Shown here one piece after another: positions 37,336 to 45,908 of a stretch of DNA of 64,000 nt. The translations under genes and the position numbers were made by a program. Source of the DNA: Spirochaetota bacterium (GTDB lineage Bacteria; Spirochaetota; UBA4802; UBA5550); NCBI GenBank assembly GCA_036821145.1, contig DAISJZ010000005.1:1029-65028 (forward strand), given 5' to 3'. Positions within the stretch are counted from its first letter, which is position 1. Each line of letters begins with the position of its first letter. A model generated the notes under the pieces. It searched no databases. It was not told the origin of the DNA and was given only the letters and a program-made list of their open reading frames with translations.

Positions 37336-38637
37336 ATGCATTGGAAGGAAATTTATAAGAGCAGAAAAGTATCAGCTGATGATGCGGTGAAGCATATAAA
37401 ATCGGGTGACAGGGTTGTTTTCGGACATGCGGCAGGGGAGCCCAAGGTGCTTGTAGATGCGCTTGTCAGAAATGCTTCGCAGTATAAGAATGTTGAGATA
37501 GTTCACATGGTTGCCATGGGGAAAGGAGAATACTGCAGCGAGGAGTATTCAGAACATTTCATTCATAACGCGTTGTTTGCAGGTGGGCCGACACGGAAGG
37601 CTATTCATGAAGGGAGAGCTCTTTATACACCGTGCCACTTTAGCAGAATACCCTCTCTTTTTAAAGAGAATATTCTCCCGATTGATGTGGTTCTGATGAT
37701 GGTGTCAGAACCTGATGAGCATGGATACTGTTCTTACGGAGTGTCAGTGGATTATACTAAACCGGCAGCGGAAAGTGCTAAAATGGTTATTGCTGAAGTT
37801 ACTCCAAACATGCCCCGTACTTATGGTGATTCATTTATCCATGTATCAAACATAGATTACATAGTAGAAACAGATTCAAGTCCGGCAATATTGAATCCGC
37901 CAAAACTTGGTGAGACAGATGAAAAGATCGGTAAAAATATTGCTGAGCTAATCAACGATGGCGACTGCCTGCAGCTTGGAATCGGAGCAGTTCCTGACGC
38001 GATCCTGAATTTTTTAACAGATAAAAAGAACCTGGGTATTCACAGTGAAATGATTTCAGATGGAGTCGTCGGACTTGTTGAAAAAGGTGTTATTAATTGC
38101 TCAAAGAAAAATTTTCACACAGGCAAGATGGTCCTGACATTCCTTATGGGGTCAGAACGTCTTTATAAGTTTGCGCATAACAACCCGGCTATCGAGATGT
38201 ATCCGGTTGATTATACTAACAGGCCGTCCATCGTTGCGAAGAATAATAACATGGTTTCTGTTAACTCTGCGCTTCAGGTGGATTTCACAGGCCAGGTAGT
38301 TTCAGATACTATCGGTTACAAGCAGTATAGCGGAACAGGCGGTCAGCTTGATTTTGTACGCGGTGCGTCATGGTCAGAAGGGGGGAAATCAATTCTTGCT
38401 TTCAGCTCAACAGCGGCAGGCGGGAAACTTTCAAGGATAGTCCCCCACATCGATGAAGGGGCATCAGTTACAACTCCGAGGACTGACACTCACTTCATAG
38501 TAACTGAGTACGGCATTGCCGACCTCAGGGGAAAATCGGTAGTAGAGAGAGGCAAAGCCCTTATAAAGATCGCGCATCCCGACTTCAGGGAGGAGCTTTC
38601 AAAGCAGTTTTTTGAAATCTATAAAAAAGCGATCTGA
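37336..38637 (+). CDS. abfT: 4-hydroxybutyrate CoA-transferase (acetyl-CoA hydrolase/transferase family)
   Basis: 433 aa, strong RBS AGGAGG. Family blocks are LQLGIGAVPDA, GIHSEMISDG, NSALQVDFTGQV, GTGGQLDF and IVTEYGIADLRGKS. The location next to abfD supports the substrate call. Confidence 0.85.
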   Translation: MHWKEIYKSRKVSADDAVKHIKSGDRVVFGHAAGEPKVLVDALVRNASQYKNVEIVHMVAMGKGEYCSEEYSEHFIHNALFAGGPTRKAIHEGRALYTPCHFSRIPSLFKENILPIDVVLMMVSEPDEHGYCSYGVSVDYTKPAAESAKMVIAEVTPNMPRTYGDSFIHVSNIDYIVETDSSPAILNPPKLGETDEKIGKNIAELINDGDCLQLGIGAVPDAILNFLTDKKNLGIHSEMISDGVVGLVEKGVINCSKKNFHTGKMVLTFLMGSERLYKFAHNNPAIEMYPVDYTNRPSIVAKNNNMVSVNSALQVDFTGQVVSDTIGYKQYSGTGGQLDFVRGASWSEGGKSILAFSSTAAGGKLSRIVPHIDEGASVTTPRTDTHFIVTEYGIADLRGKSVVERGKALIKIAHPDFREELSKQFFEIYKKAI

Positions 38638-38685
38638 TTAACTTAGCGAGTTTATTATATTTAAACTAATAAAAAGGAGTCCAAT

Positions 38686-40131
38686 ATGGGTATTAGAAGA
38701 GAAAGGGAGTATGGCGGAATACAGCCTGGTATTCCATTGGGGCCATTATCATTAAGGCTTCCGTTTATTCATTACAGGTTTGAGTGGGCTGACTATCTTC
38801 AGGGTCTGCTTATGTGTGCTGTTTGTCTCTCGATAATTCCTATCCTTACAGGAAAACTCGGGATGTCTTTTGAGGTTGCCCTTGCAGTGGTTATCCTCAA
38901 CGGAACACTGTATCTTGCTCACGTAACATTAGGCGACCCTGTTGTTCCGGGTTGGATTACACCGGCTATTCCGTTGATCGTTGCATACTGTGAAACTTTC
39001 TCACCAGGTGCAGAGCGTATGCAGGCGTTAATAGCTTTTCAGATGGAGTTTGGTGTTATCTGTATTCTTCTCGGTATTACAGGTCTTGCTAAAAAGTTCA
39101 TTAATCTTATTCCTAACGCTGTTCAGTCAGCGGTTCTTATGGGCGCAGGTTTTGCGGCTATCATAATGATTTTCACTCCGGGAAAAGGTCTTAAGAGTTT
39201 TGATGCTAATCCGCTTACAATAACAATCTGTGTGGGTCTGGCATTTTACCTTCTTTTTTCTCAGAGCTTTAAATCTTTTAAAAAGAAACATAAGTGGGCA
39301 TATTATCTCGGAAATCTTGGTATGATGCCATGTCTTGCACTTGCTATTTTTGTAGGTCCTTTAACAGGGGAACTCCCATGGCCGGATTATTCAGGAATTT
39401 CATTTTTCTCAAGCCCTGATTTTACAACATTATGGAGTGATTTCACAATGCTGGGAGCTATTCCATTCCCGACAGCAGGTATGTTTTTAAGTTCAATACC
39501 TATGGTTGTGAGCGCGTACATAGTAGTTTTTGGTGACGTTATTCAGAGCCAGGCTCTTCTTGATGATGCACAAAAATTCAGACCTGACGAAAATGTAAAC
39601 TATAACCCTAACAGATCACACATCATTTTTGGTGGAAGAAACCTTATAATGAGTATTGTAGGTCCTGATATTTCAATGTGCGGTCCTCTCTGGGCAGCAA
39701 TGCAGGTTGTTGTTTGTGACCGTTTTAAAAACGGCCCGAAAGCAATGGAGTCTATCAATGGCGGCGCAGGGTCATTCAGATGGGGAACATGGACAGGTTA
39801 TTTTATTGCTCCGATAGTTGCTTCAGTTAAACCTATCCTTGGTGTAGGTCTTGCATCAACAATGCTTGTTCAGGGCTATGTTAGTGTACGTGTTGGTGTA
39901 CTTAAATCAAGAGGTTTTAATGACCTTGGTATAGCCGGCGTTGCAGGTGCTATTGTTGCAACACGCGGTGCTGCATGGGGTCTTGGCGCGGCTATCTTAC
40001 TTGTTGTCCTTCAGTATATAGGAAACCAGTGGAAGAATGCCTATGTTGCAGAAGAGCCTGTATTCCCGCTCGACTCACCTGAAGTTATAGCAAAAATTGT
40101 TGAAGAACATATGAATGAAAGTAAAGGTTAA
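38686..40131 (+). CDS. polytopic membrane transporter of unrecognised family (last gene of the abf operon)
   Basis: 481 aa, hydrophobic almost throughout (about 12 helices), RBS AAAGGAG, followed by a terminator. I could not assign a transporter family by eye. Confidence 0.7.
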   Translation: MGIRREREYGGIQPGIPLGPLSLRLPFIHYRFEWADYLQGLLMCAVCLSIIPILTGKLGMSFEVALAVVILNGTLYLAHVTLGDPVVPGWITPAIPLIVAYCETFSPGAERMQALIAFQMEFGVICILLGITGLAKKFINLIPNAVQSAVLMGAGFAAIIMIFTPGKGLKSFDANPLTITICVGLAFYLLFSQSFKSFKKKHKWAYYLGNLGMMPCLALAIFVGPLTGELPWPDYSGISFFSSPDFTTLWSDFTMLGAIPFPTAGMFLSSIPMVVSAYIVVFGDVIQSQALLDDAQKFRPDENVNYNPNRSHIIFGGRNLIMSIVGPDISMCGPLWAAMQVVVCDRFKNGPKAMESINGGAGSFRWGTWTGYFIAPIVASVKPILGVGLASTMLVQGYVSVRVGVLKSRGFNDLGIAGVAGAIVATRGAAWGLGAAILLVVLQYIGNQWKNAYVAEEPVFPLDSPEVIAKIVEEHMNESKG

Positions 40132-40150
40132 TATTCATAAAGCTTCCTGA

Positions 40151-40195
40151 ATTTGAGGGTTCTCTGCTTCATAATGCGGTAGAGGACCCTCAAAT
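40151..40195 (+). terminator. long stem-loop after the abf operon
   Basis: ATTTGAGGGTTCTCT ... AGAGGACCCTCAAAT forms 15-bp arms with one mismatch, 20 nt after the permease stop. The downstream T-tract is weak. Confidence 0.55.
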
Positions 40196-40283
40196 CTGAA
40201 TTGTTGTTTTACAAAAAGTTTATAATTATATTATTTATATTACAACAAAGTATCTGTCTGGCAGAGTTAATAAATCTGGAGGA

Positions 40284-41006
40284 ATGAATATTATGGCATA
40301 TGTTGAAGGGCATCCGGGTAAAAAAGTTGAAACCTCAATGATGAAGCATGCGTTTTTCATGATTATATCCTCCATCTCACTTGTTGCTTTTATGCTCTAT
40401 ACTTCAGATGACCCGGCATCGGATCTGATGAAAATTCTTTTTATTGTAGCTGTTGTTCTGGCTGTAAGTGTACTTGTTTCTGTAAAACTGAATCCCCTGG
40501 GATGGAAAAGAATTTTCAACAGGTCTGAATATGAAAGGATAATTGAAATTGAAAGCATGGTGATTGAAAAACTGAACGAACTGGATGACAGTTATTTTGT
40601 TATTAATGATTTTAGTTTTGAATTATTGCGTGTGGAACACCTTATTATATCTGAAAATGGTTTTTTTGTACTGGCAAAATCCCCCAAAACCGGCAATCTC
40701 CGCGTAGAGGGCAACACCCTCTACGCGGGAGATTATTCCCTTGAAAAAGCCACAGCAGGACTGTGGAGGGTGTGCCATCTTATAAATATTTTAATACGCA
40801 AGGGATTTAATAATCTTGAGATAATGCCAAAACCCGTTCTGATTCTCCCTGAATCAGGTAAACCGGCGTTGACCGAATTTGATGGTATAACCATTGCAGG
40901 GATAGATGATTTGAATAACATCATAACAAAAAAAATTAAGTTTAAAATAGAAAAAGAGACTGCCGATGGTTTTGCGTATTTTATAAAAGGACGATATATC
41001 AGATAA
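40284..41006 (+). CDS. membrane-anchored NERD (nuclease-related) domain protein
   Basis: Two N-terminal TM helices, then NERD-like blocks (YFVINDFSFE, VEHLIISENGFFVLAKS). The start could be the second ATG at 40293. Confidence 0.65.
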   Translation: MNIMAYVEGHPGKKVETSMMKHAFFMIISSISLVAFMLYTSDDPASDLMKILFIVAVVLAVSVLVSVKLNPLGWKRIFNRSEYERIIEIESMVIEKLNELDDSYFVINDFSFELLRVEHLIISENGFFVLAKSPKTGNLRVEGNTLYAGDYSLEKATAGLWRVCHLINILIRKGFNNLEIMPKPVLILPESGKPALTEFDGITIAGIDDLNNIITKKIKFKIEKETADGFAYFIKGRYIR

Positions 41007-41032
41007 TCTATCAAAGGTTAAGAGGAGTCCAT

Positions 41033-41413
41033 ATGAAAAGTGGAAAACTGAGTTTTAAAGAACTTCCGGCTAAGGTGAGATATGGAATAGTTATCACAAT
41101 TTCCGCCTGGATTCTTTTTATCATATCATCAATTTTAAAAACCGGAACAATTTCAATACTCCATATGACTATGGGGATGTTTTTCTGTTTTGCGATACTT
41201 TCACTTCGCAAATGGAGCAGAATAGCTACTTCATTATACAATATTTTTATGGCAATAATGATTGGTTTTGAATTATATAATACATTTTCTGCCGGAGAAT
41301 TTATTTTTTCAATATATACAATTGTTAAAATCATCTGTATATTCATGTTCTCTGCTGCGTCGGTTTTTCTTTTGTCCAGGGAAACAGCAAAGTTTTTTAC
41401 TGAAAATTCCTGA
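41033..41413 (+). CDS. small four-helix membrane protein, unknown function
   Basis: 126 aa with RBS AAGAGGAG 6 nt upstream and four clear hydrophobic helices. I prefer it to the overlapping antisense ORF 41011..41427. Confidence 0.6.
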   Translation: MKSGKLSFKELPAKVRYGIVITISAWILFIISSILKTGTISILHMTMGMFFCFAILSLRKWSRIATSLYNIFMAIMIGFELYNTFSAGEFIFSIYTIVKIICIFMFSAASVFLLSRETAKFFTENS

Positions 41414-41568
41414 GACTCTGCCAACACTGATTATGGTATAGTAAAATCCTTTTACTGAATAAATGGTTACAGCAAAATTCTGCATGTATCCGGAGATTGT
41501 TGTTTTTTATGATAATTTTTGGAATACCTGAGTGTTTCTTTTAAAACGGAGGGTTAATCTAAATATGC

Positions 41569-41597
41569 TTGCAGAATTTTTGTAAATAAATTACAAT
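41569..41597 (+). promoter_or_regulatory. sigma-70-like promoter upstream of the first thiolase gene
   Basis: TTGCAG, a 17-nt spacer, then TACAAT. It lies 37 nt upstream of the ATG at 41634. Confidence 0.5.
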
Positions 41598-41633
41598 GAG
41601 TGAGAAATATACAATAGAGATGGAGGATTACTA

Positions 41634-42920
41634 ATGAAAGAAGTCGTTATTGTAAGCGGAGCAAGGACATCAATAGGAGCTTTCGGGGGGAGTTTAAAGG
41701 ACGTATCAGCAATAGAGATGGGATCACTTGTCATGAGAGAGGTATTCAAAAAGATTAATCTCAAACCTGTGGTTTCCGGCGAGCAGATCAGTGTAGCTCC
41801 GGATAAGTTTAAGCAGAAAGGGCAGCTTGATCTTGAGAAAAAGGGATATCTTTACGAGGCTGGAGCTAAAGAGATAACAGTTGATGAGACAATCATGGGC
41901 TGTGTTCTTCAGGCTGCGCAGGGTCAGAATCCGGGGCGTCAGGCGGCAATATTCGCGGGTATACCTAAAGAGGCAGCAGGTTATTCTGTTAACATAGTAT
42001 GCGGCTCCGGCCTTAAAGCAATAGCAAATGCTGCACAGTCAATTATGACAGGCCAGGCTGATGTAGTTGTTGCAGGGGGTATGGAGAGCATGAGCAACGC
42101 TCCTCTTGCTCTTAAAAAGGCAAGGTGGGGACACAGGATGGAGCTCACCGGAACAGGCGATATCCACGACCTCATGGTATATGATGGACTTTATGAAATC
42201 TTCAACGGCTACCACATGGGTATCACAGCTGAAAATATTGCAGAACTTTATGGAATAGGGAGAGAGGAGCAGGACAAACTCGGAGTTCTTTCACACCAGA
42301 GGGCTATGAATGCGATCAAAACAGGTCTCTTCAAGGAGGAGATTGTGCCGGTAGTTATTTCATCAAGGAAAGGTGATATAATTATAGATACAGACGAAAG
42401 GCCAATGGAGACAACACTTGAAAAGATGGCTGCTATGAAGCCTGCATTTAAGAAAGATGGAACAGTTACAGCGGGAAACGCTTCAGGGATAAATGACGGA
42501 GCAGCAGCAGTTCTCATGATGAGCGCTGACAAGGCAAAAGAGATGGGACTTGAGCCCATAGTAAAAATAAGATCATTTGCGGTTGGCGGAGTTGACCCTG
42601 CATACATGGGACTCGGACCTGTACCTGCAATGAGAAAGGCCATGAAACTCGCTGGTATGACTATCAGGGATTTTGACATGGTTGAAATCAACGAGGCATT
42701 TGCGTCCCAGGCAATAGGGTGCTTCAGGGAACTCGGCCTTGACAACGAATTTCCGAACCAGCTTGGAAGCGGAATATCGCTTGGTCACCCGATTGGATGT
42801 ACTGGCGCGAGGATGGCAGTAACAACAATGTACCAGATGAAGAGAAAGAATTTCTCAACCGGTATCGTCTCCATGTGTATAGGCGGCGGTATGGGTATGG
42901 CTATGATATTCGAAAGATAG
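41634..42920 (+). CDS. acetyl-CoA C-acetyltransferase (thiolase II) with a ~36-aa N-terminal-domain insertion, copy 1
   Basis: Motifs present: MKEVVIVSGARTSIGAFGGSLKD, active-site VCGSGLKA, NASGINDGAAA, GHPIGCTGARM and CIGGGMGMA. At 428 aa it is longer than the usual ~392-400. Confidence 0.92.
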   Translation: MKEVVIVSGARTSIGAFGGSLKDVSAIEMGSLVMREVFKKINLKPVVSGEQISVAPDKFKQKGQLDLEKKGYLYEAGAKEITVDETIMGCVLQAAQGQNPGRQAAIFAGIPKEAAGYSVNIVCGSGLKAIANAAQSIMTGQADVVVAGGMESMSNAPLALKKARWGHRMELTGTGDIHDLMVYDGLYEIFNGYHMGITAENIAELYGIGREEQDKLGVLSHQRAMNAIKTGLFKEEIVPVVISSRKGDIIIDTDERPMETTLEKMAAMKPAFKKDGTVTAGNASGINDGAAAVLMMSADKAKEMGLEPIVKIRSFAVGGVDPAYMGLGPVPAMRKAMKLAGMTIRDFDMVEINEAFASQAIGCFRELGLDNEFPNQLGSGISLGHPIGCTGARMAVTTMYQMKRKNFSTGIVSMCIGGGMGMAMIFER

Positions 42921-42933
42921 AAACTGATATAGG

Positions 42934-42958
42934 GGCACCGTGTAAGCGGTGCCTTTTT
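42934..42958 (+). terminator. rho-independent terminator between thiolase and crotonase genes
   Basis: GGCACCG-TGTAAG-CGGTGCC followed by TTTTT. Confidence 0.75.
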
Positions 42959-42985
42959 ATTTATTAGTACCGGGGGTTTATAAAG

Positions 42986-43768
42986 ATGGCGGATTTTCAG
43001 AATTTAACATATACAAAAAATGGCGTCGTAGGGATTGTCACTGTTTCACGTCCCAAGGCGATGAATGCCCTTAACACGGATCTTCTTGTTGAGCTTGGGA
43101 AAGTTGCAGATATGGCTGCTGAAGATAAAGATCTCTCTGTCCTGATTATCACCGGAGAGGGAAAAGCGTTTGTGGCTGGTGCTGATATTGCTGAGATGAA
43201 GAATTTTAACAGTGAGCAGGGGAGAGAATGGGGCGAACTGGGCGCAGGTGTTTTCAATAAGATCGAAAAGCTGAAGATACCTTCAATTGCGGCTGTTAAC
43301 GGATTTGCCCTTGGCGGAGGTTGTGAGCTTGCAATGTGCTGTGATATCCGTATTGCTTCTGAAAACGCGAAGTTCGGACAGCCTGAGGTTGGTCTTGGAA
43401 TTACACCGGGGTATTCAGGATGCGTGAGGCTCCCCAGACTTGTGGGACCGGCGAAGGCGAAGGAGCTTATTTATACAGGGGATATTATTAACGCTGCTGA
43501 AGCTGAAAAAATCGGCCTTGTCAACAGGGTTGTGGCTCCTGAAAAATTAATGGACAGCGCTCTTGAACTGGCGCAGAAGATAGCTTCACGTGCACAGCTT
43601 GCTGTCCGTTATTCAAAAATGGCTATAAACCGGGGCCTTGAGACAGATATTGAAACAGCTATAGTTTTTGAAAATCAGGTTTTTGCACTCTGTTTTGCCA
43701 CTGAGGATCAGAAAGAGGGTATGACAGCATTTATCGAAAAAAGAAATGCTGATTTTAAATGCAGGTAG
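42986..43768 (+). CDS. short-chain enoyl-CoA hydratase (crotonase), copy 1
   Basis: Motifs present: GEGKAFVAGADIAEM, AAVNGFALGGGCELAMCCDIRIAS, GQPEVGLGITPG and EDQKEGMTAFIEKR. Confidence 0.92.
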   Translation: MADFQNLTYTKNGVVGIVTVSRPKAMNALNTDLLVELGKVADMAAEDKDLSVLIITGEGKAFVAGADIAEMKNFNSEQGREWGELGAGVFNKIEKLKIPSIAAVNGFALGGGCELAMCCDIRIASENAKFGQPEVGLGITPGYSGCVRLPRLVGPAKAKELIYTGDIINAAEAEKIGLVNRVVAPEKLMDSALELAQKIASRAQLAVRYSKMAINRGLETDIETAIVFENQVFALCFATEDQKEGMTAFIEKRNADFKCR

Positions 43769-43800
43769 AACCTGCCTGTTTTTGTCTTCTAATACTCTGA

Positions 43801-43832
43801 TATTCAGCCGCTTTTGCGGCTGAATATCTTTT
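43801..43832 (+). terminator. rho-independent terminator after crotonase copy 1
   Basis: ATTCAGCCGC-TTTT-GCGGCTGAAT followed by ATCTTTT. Confidence 0.75.
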
Positions 43833-44093
43833 AAATGATTTTCCTCGGTAAATTTTTTCCTATAATTACTAAAGCTACAATAATTTAATCAATAGAATTA
43901 CATTAATAATTACATACTGAGTATTGTTATTAAAGCTGAAAAAGGCCTTATACTTTATAGCGGACTTTTTTTAGATTGGCAGAAATTACAGGCTTTTACG
44001 ATTGAATTAGAACATTAAATTGTCATTTCGTAAGGCGTTAATTTAGAAAAAGTCTAATAGAAGCTATCTCGGGTTAAGGCGGTGTAAATTATT

Positions 44094-45908
44094 ATGCAAT
44101 ATGTAGTGCAGAATGAAAACGATTATTTCAGCCAGTCGGGACTCGCTACATTGGAACTCGATGAAAATTTAACAATAGTCAGATTTAATGATGAACTGAC
44201 CAGAATTACAGGTATTCCGGAACCTGTCCTTTCAGGTATGAAGTGGAATGATCTTGTTGCGTATTATAATCCCTGTACAGTCAGCGGAGAAAATTTATAC
44301 ATGAAATGGGGTATGAAAACTCCTACCGGTAAATTCTGGTGCTGGCAGAAATATAAAAACCCCCGGAGAATTTTTTCAGCTACAGTAAAGTATGACTGGA
44401 TACAAAGGGTCTATTTTGCCACTTTGTATGATATCAGTGATCAGATATCACCGGAGAAACTTGTAACTGATGGCGGGATAATTACCGGTGTTATTACAGA
44501 TTCTGTAAAAGGGGCTATGGCGTATCATGACAGTGATGGTATAATCAGATTTGCATCCCGCGAGATATGCAGTATGGCAGGGCTCAGCAGCAGGGATATT
44601 ATCGGCAGGCATATCAGAGATTTTTTTGATCACGGGCTTGTTGAGAAGTGGCTCTCTCTTATGAATAAAAAAAACTGTGAGCTTCCGGGTAATCTTGAAT
44701 TCAATACATCCGGAAGTCATAGTCATGTACAGGTTTTTCATTCAATAGCAACTCCAAGACTATTCATGAAAAAAGACGGTACTGTTGCGGGGTGTATGTT
44801 TATTTTTGCGGATATAACAGAGTTAAAGCACCATGAACGGAAACTGAAGATTTCTGATGAGAAATATTCCAAGGCGTTTCACGCCAGTCCCGCACCAAGT
44901 TCAATTACAACACTTAAAGACGGAAGATTTTTAGAAGTTAATGAAAGTTATGCGCGACTGGTGGGGTATTCAAAAGAGGAACTTATCGGTGAAACAACAA
45001 CCAGCATTAATTTTATAGTAAACAAAGTGGAAAGAGAAAAGTTTGTAAATGAACTGATGATAAACGGGAAATTACGTGATTATGAGACACAGGTTTATTC
45101 AAGAGTAAAAGGGATCCGGACGTTCTCCCTCTCCGCGGAGATAATTGAACTGCAGAGTGAAAAATGTATCATTCTTGTGGGATATGACGTTACTGATCAG
45201 ATCCGCCTTGAAAAGGAGGTCCTGACTATTACAGGCAGGGAAAGATACAAAATCGGACAATATCTCCATGATGATCTGGGTCAGCATATTGTGGGTATTG
45301 AAGCTATGTGTGCAATACTGGAAAACAGGATGAAAGCTAATAACAGCCCTGATGTCGATATGCTGACTGATATATCTGAATACCTGAGAGAAGCACATGA
45401 AAAAGCAAGGAATATGGCTGGAGGATTATGCCCTGTAAGGCTTGAAGAGAACGGCCTCAGTTCTGCTATTGAAGAGCTCTCCATTAAGATTTCAAAAATG
45501 TATAATATAAAGTGTGAGTATCGTAATTACAACTCGAACATTAAAATTTACAACAGTCAGATTGCAATTAATATGTATTATATTGTAAGGGAAGCAGTTA
45601 ATAATGCAATAAAACATGGTAAAGCGGGTACAATAGAGATAACATACTCATCAAGCGCAGACACTATTTTTATTCTTATTAGAGATGATGGTGATGGATT
45701 TGATATAGTGAAAAATGAATCATCAGGGATGGGGCTCAGCCTGATAAAATACAGAGCACGGGCAATAGGAGGTTCTGTAGATATTGAAAGTGAGCCCGGA
45801 TCGGGAACATCCGTTTTATTGAAGTTCCCGAGAATTAACAATAAAAAAAATGAATGGGACTGGAAGCAGAAAACCTATGAAGAAATCGCAAGTGTTTATC
45901 GTAGATGA
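44094..45908 (+). CDS. soluble multi-PAS sensor histidine kinase (HisKA_3 / NarX-DegS type), paralogue 1
   Basis: No hydrophobic TM segment. PAS-like block: DEKYSKAFHASPAPSSITTLKDGRFLEVNESYARLVGYSKEELIG. H-box: RYKIGQYLHDDLGQHIVG. ATPase N/G boxes: REAVNNAIKHGKA, DDGDGF, GMGLSLIKYRARAIGGS. Confidence 0.9.
   Translation: MQYVVQNENDYFSQSGLATLELDENLTIVRFNDELTRITGIPEPVLSGMKWNDLVAYYNPCTVSGENLYMKWGMKTPTGKFWCWQKYKNPRRIFSATVKYDWIQRVYFATLYDISDQISPEKLVTDGGIITGVITDSVKGAMAYHDSDGIIRFASREICSMAGLSSRDIIGRHIRDFFDHGLVEKWLSLMNKKNCELPGNLEFNTSGSHSHVQVFHSIATPRLFMKKDGTVAGCMFIFADITELKHHERKLKISDEKYSKAFHASPAPSSITTLKDGRFLEVNESYARLVGYSKEELIGETTTSINFIVNKVEREKFVNELMINGKLRDYETQVYSRVKGIRTFSLSAEIIELQSEKCIILVGYDVTDQIRLEKEVLTITGRERYKIGQYLHDDLGQHIVGIEAMCAILENRMKANNSPDVDMLTDISEYLREAHEKARNMAGGLCPVRLEENGLSSAIEELSIKISKMYNIKCEYRNYNSNIKIYNSQIAINMYYIVREAVNNAIKHGKAGTIEITYSSSADTIFILIRDDGDGFDIVKNESSGMGLSLIKYRARAIGGSVDIESEPGSGTSVLLKFPRINNKKNEWDWKQKTYEEIASVYRR

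Noticed and set aside
41011-41427. 138-aa minus-strand ORF overlapping the small membrane-protein gene
   Set aside because: The plus-strand ORF has a strong RBS (AAGAGGAG) and four clean TM helices, and it fits the operon direction. The minus ORF has neither feature.
41515-41545. TGGAAT...TGTTTC upstream of thiolase 1, considered as a second sigma-54 promoter
   Set aside because: There is no GC dinucleotide at the required 10-nt distance from the GG. A good sigma-70-type TTGCAG-N17-TACAAT lies just downstream instead.
41551-41558. GGGTTA(A/T)T boxes near several promoters and RBSs (41551, 44071, 46626, 63070; CGGTTAAG at 49352), considered as NarL-like heptamers (TAACCCT on the other strand)
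   Set aside because: A 6-mer core is expected by chance many times in 64 kb. Positions relative to the promoters are inconsistent, and two copies sit in probable RBS regions. The ACCAC-N21 pattern is the stronger signal.
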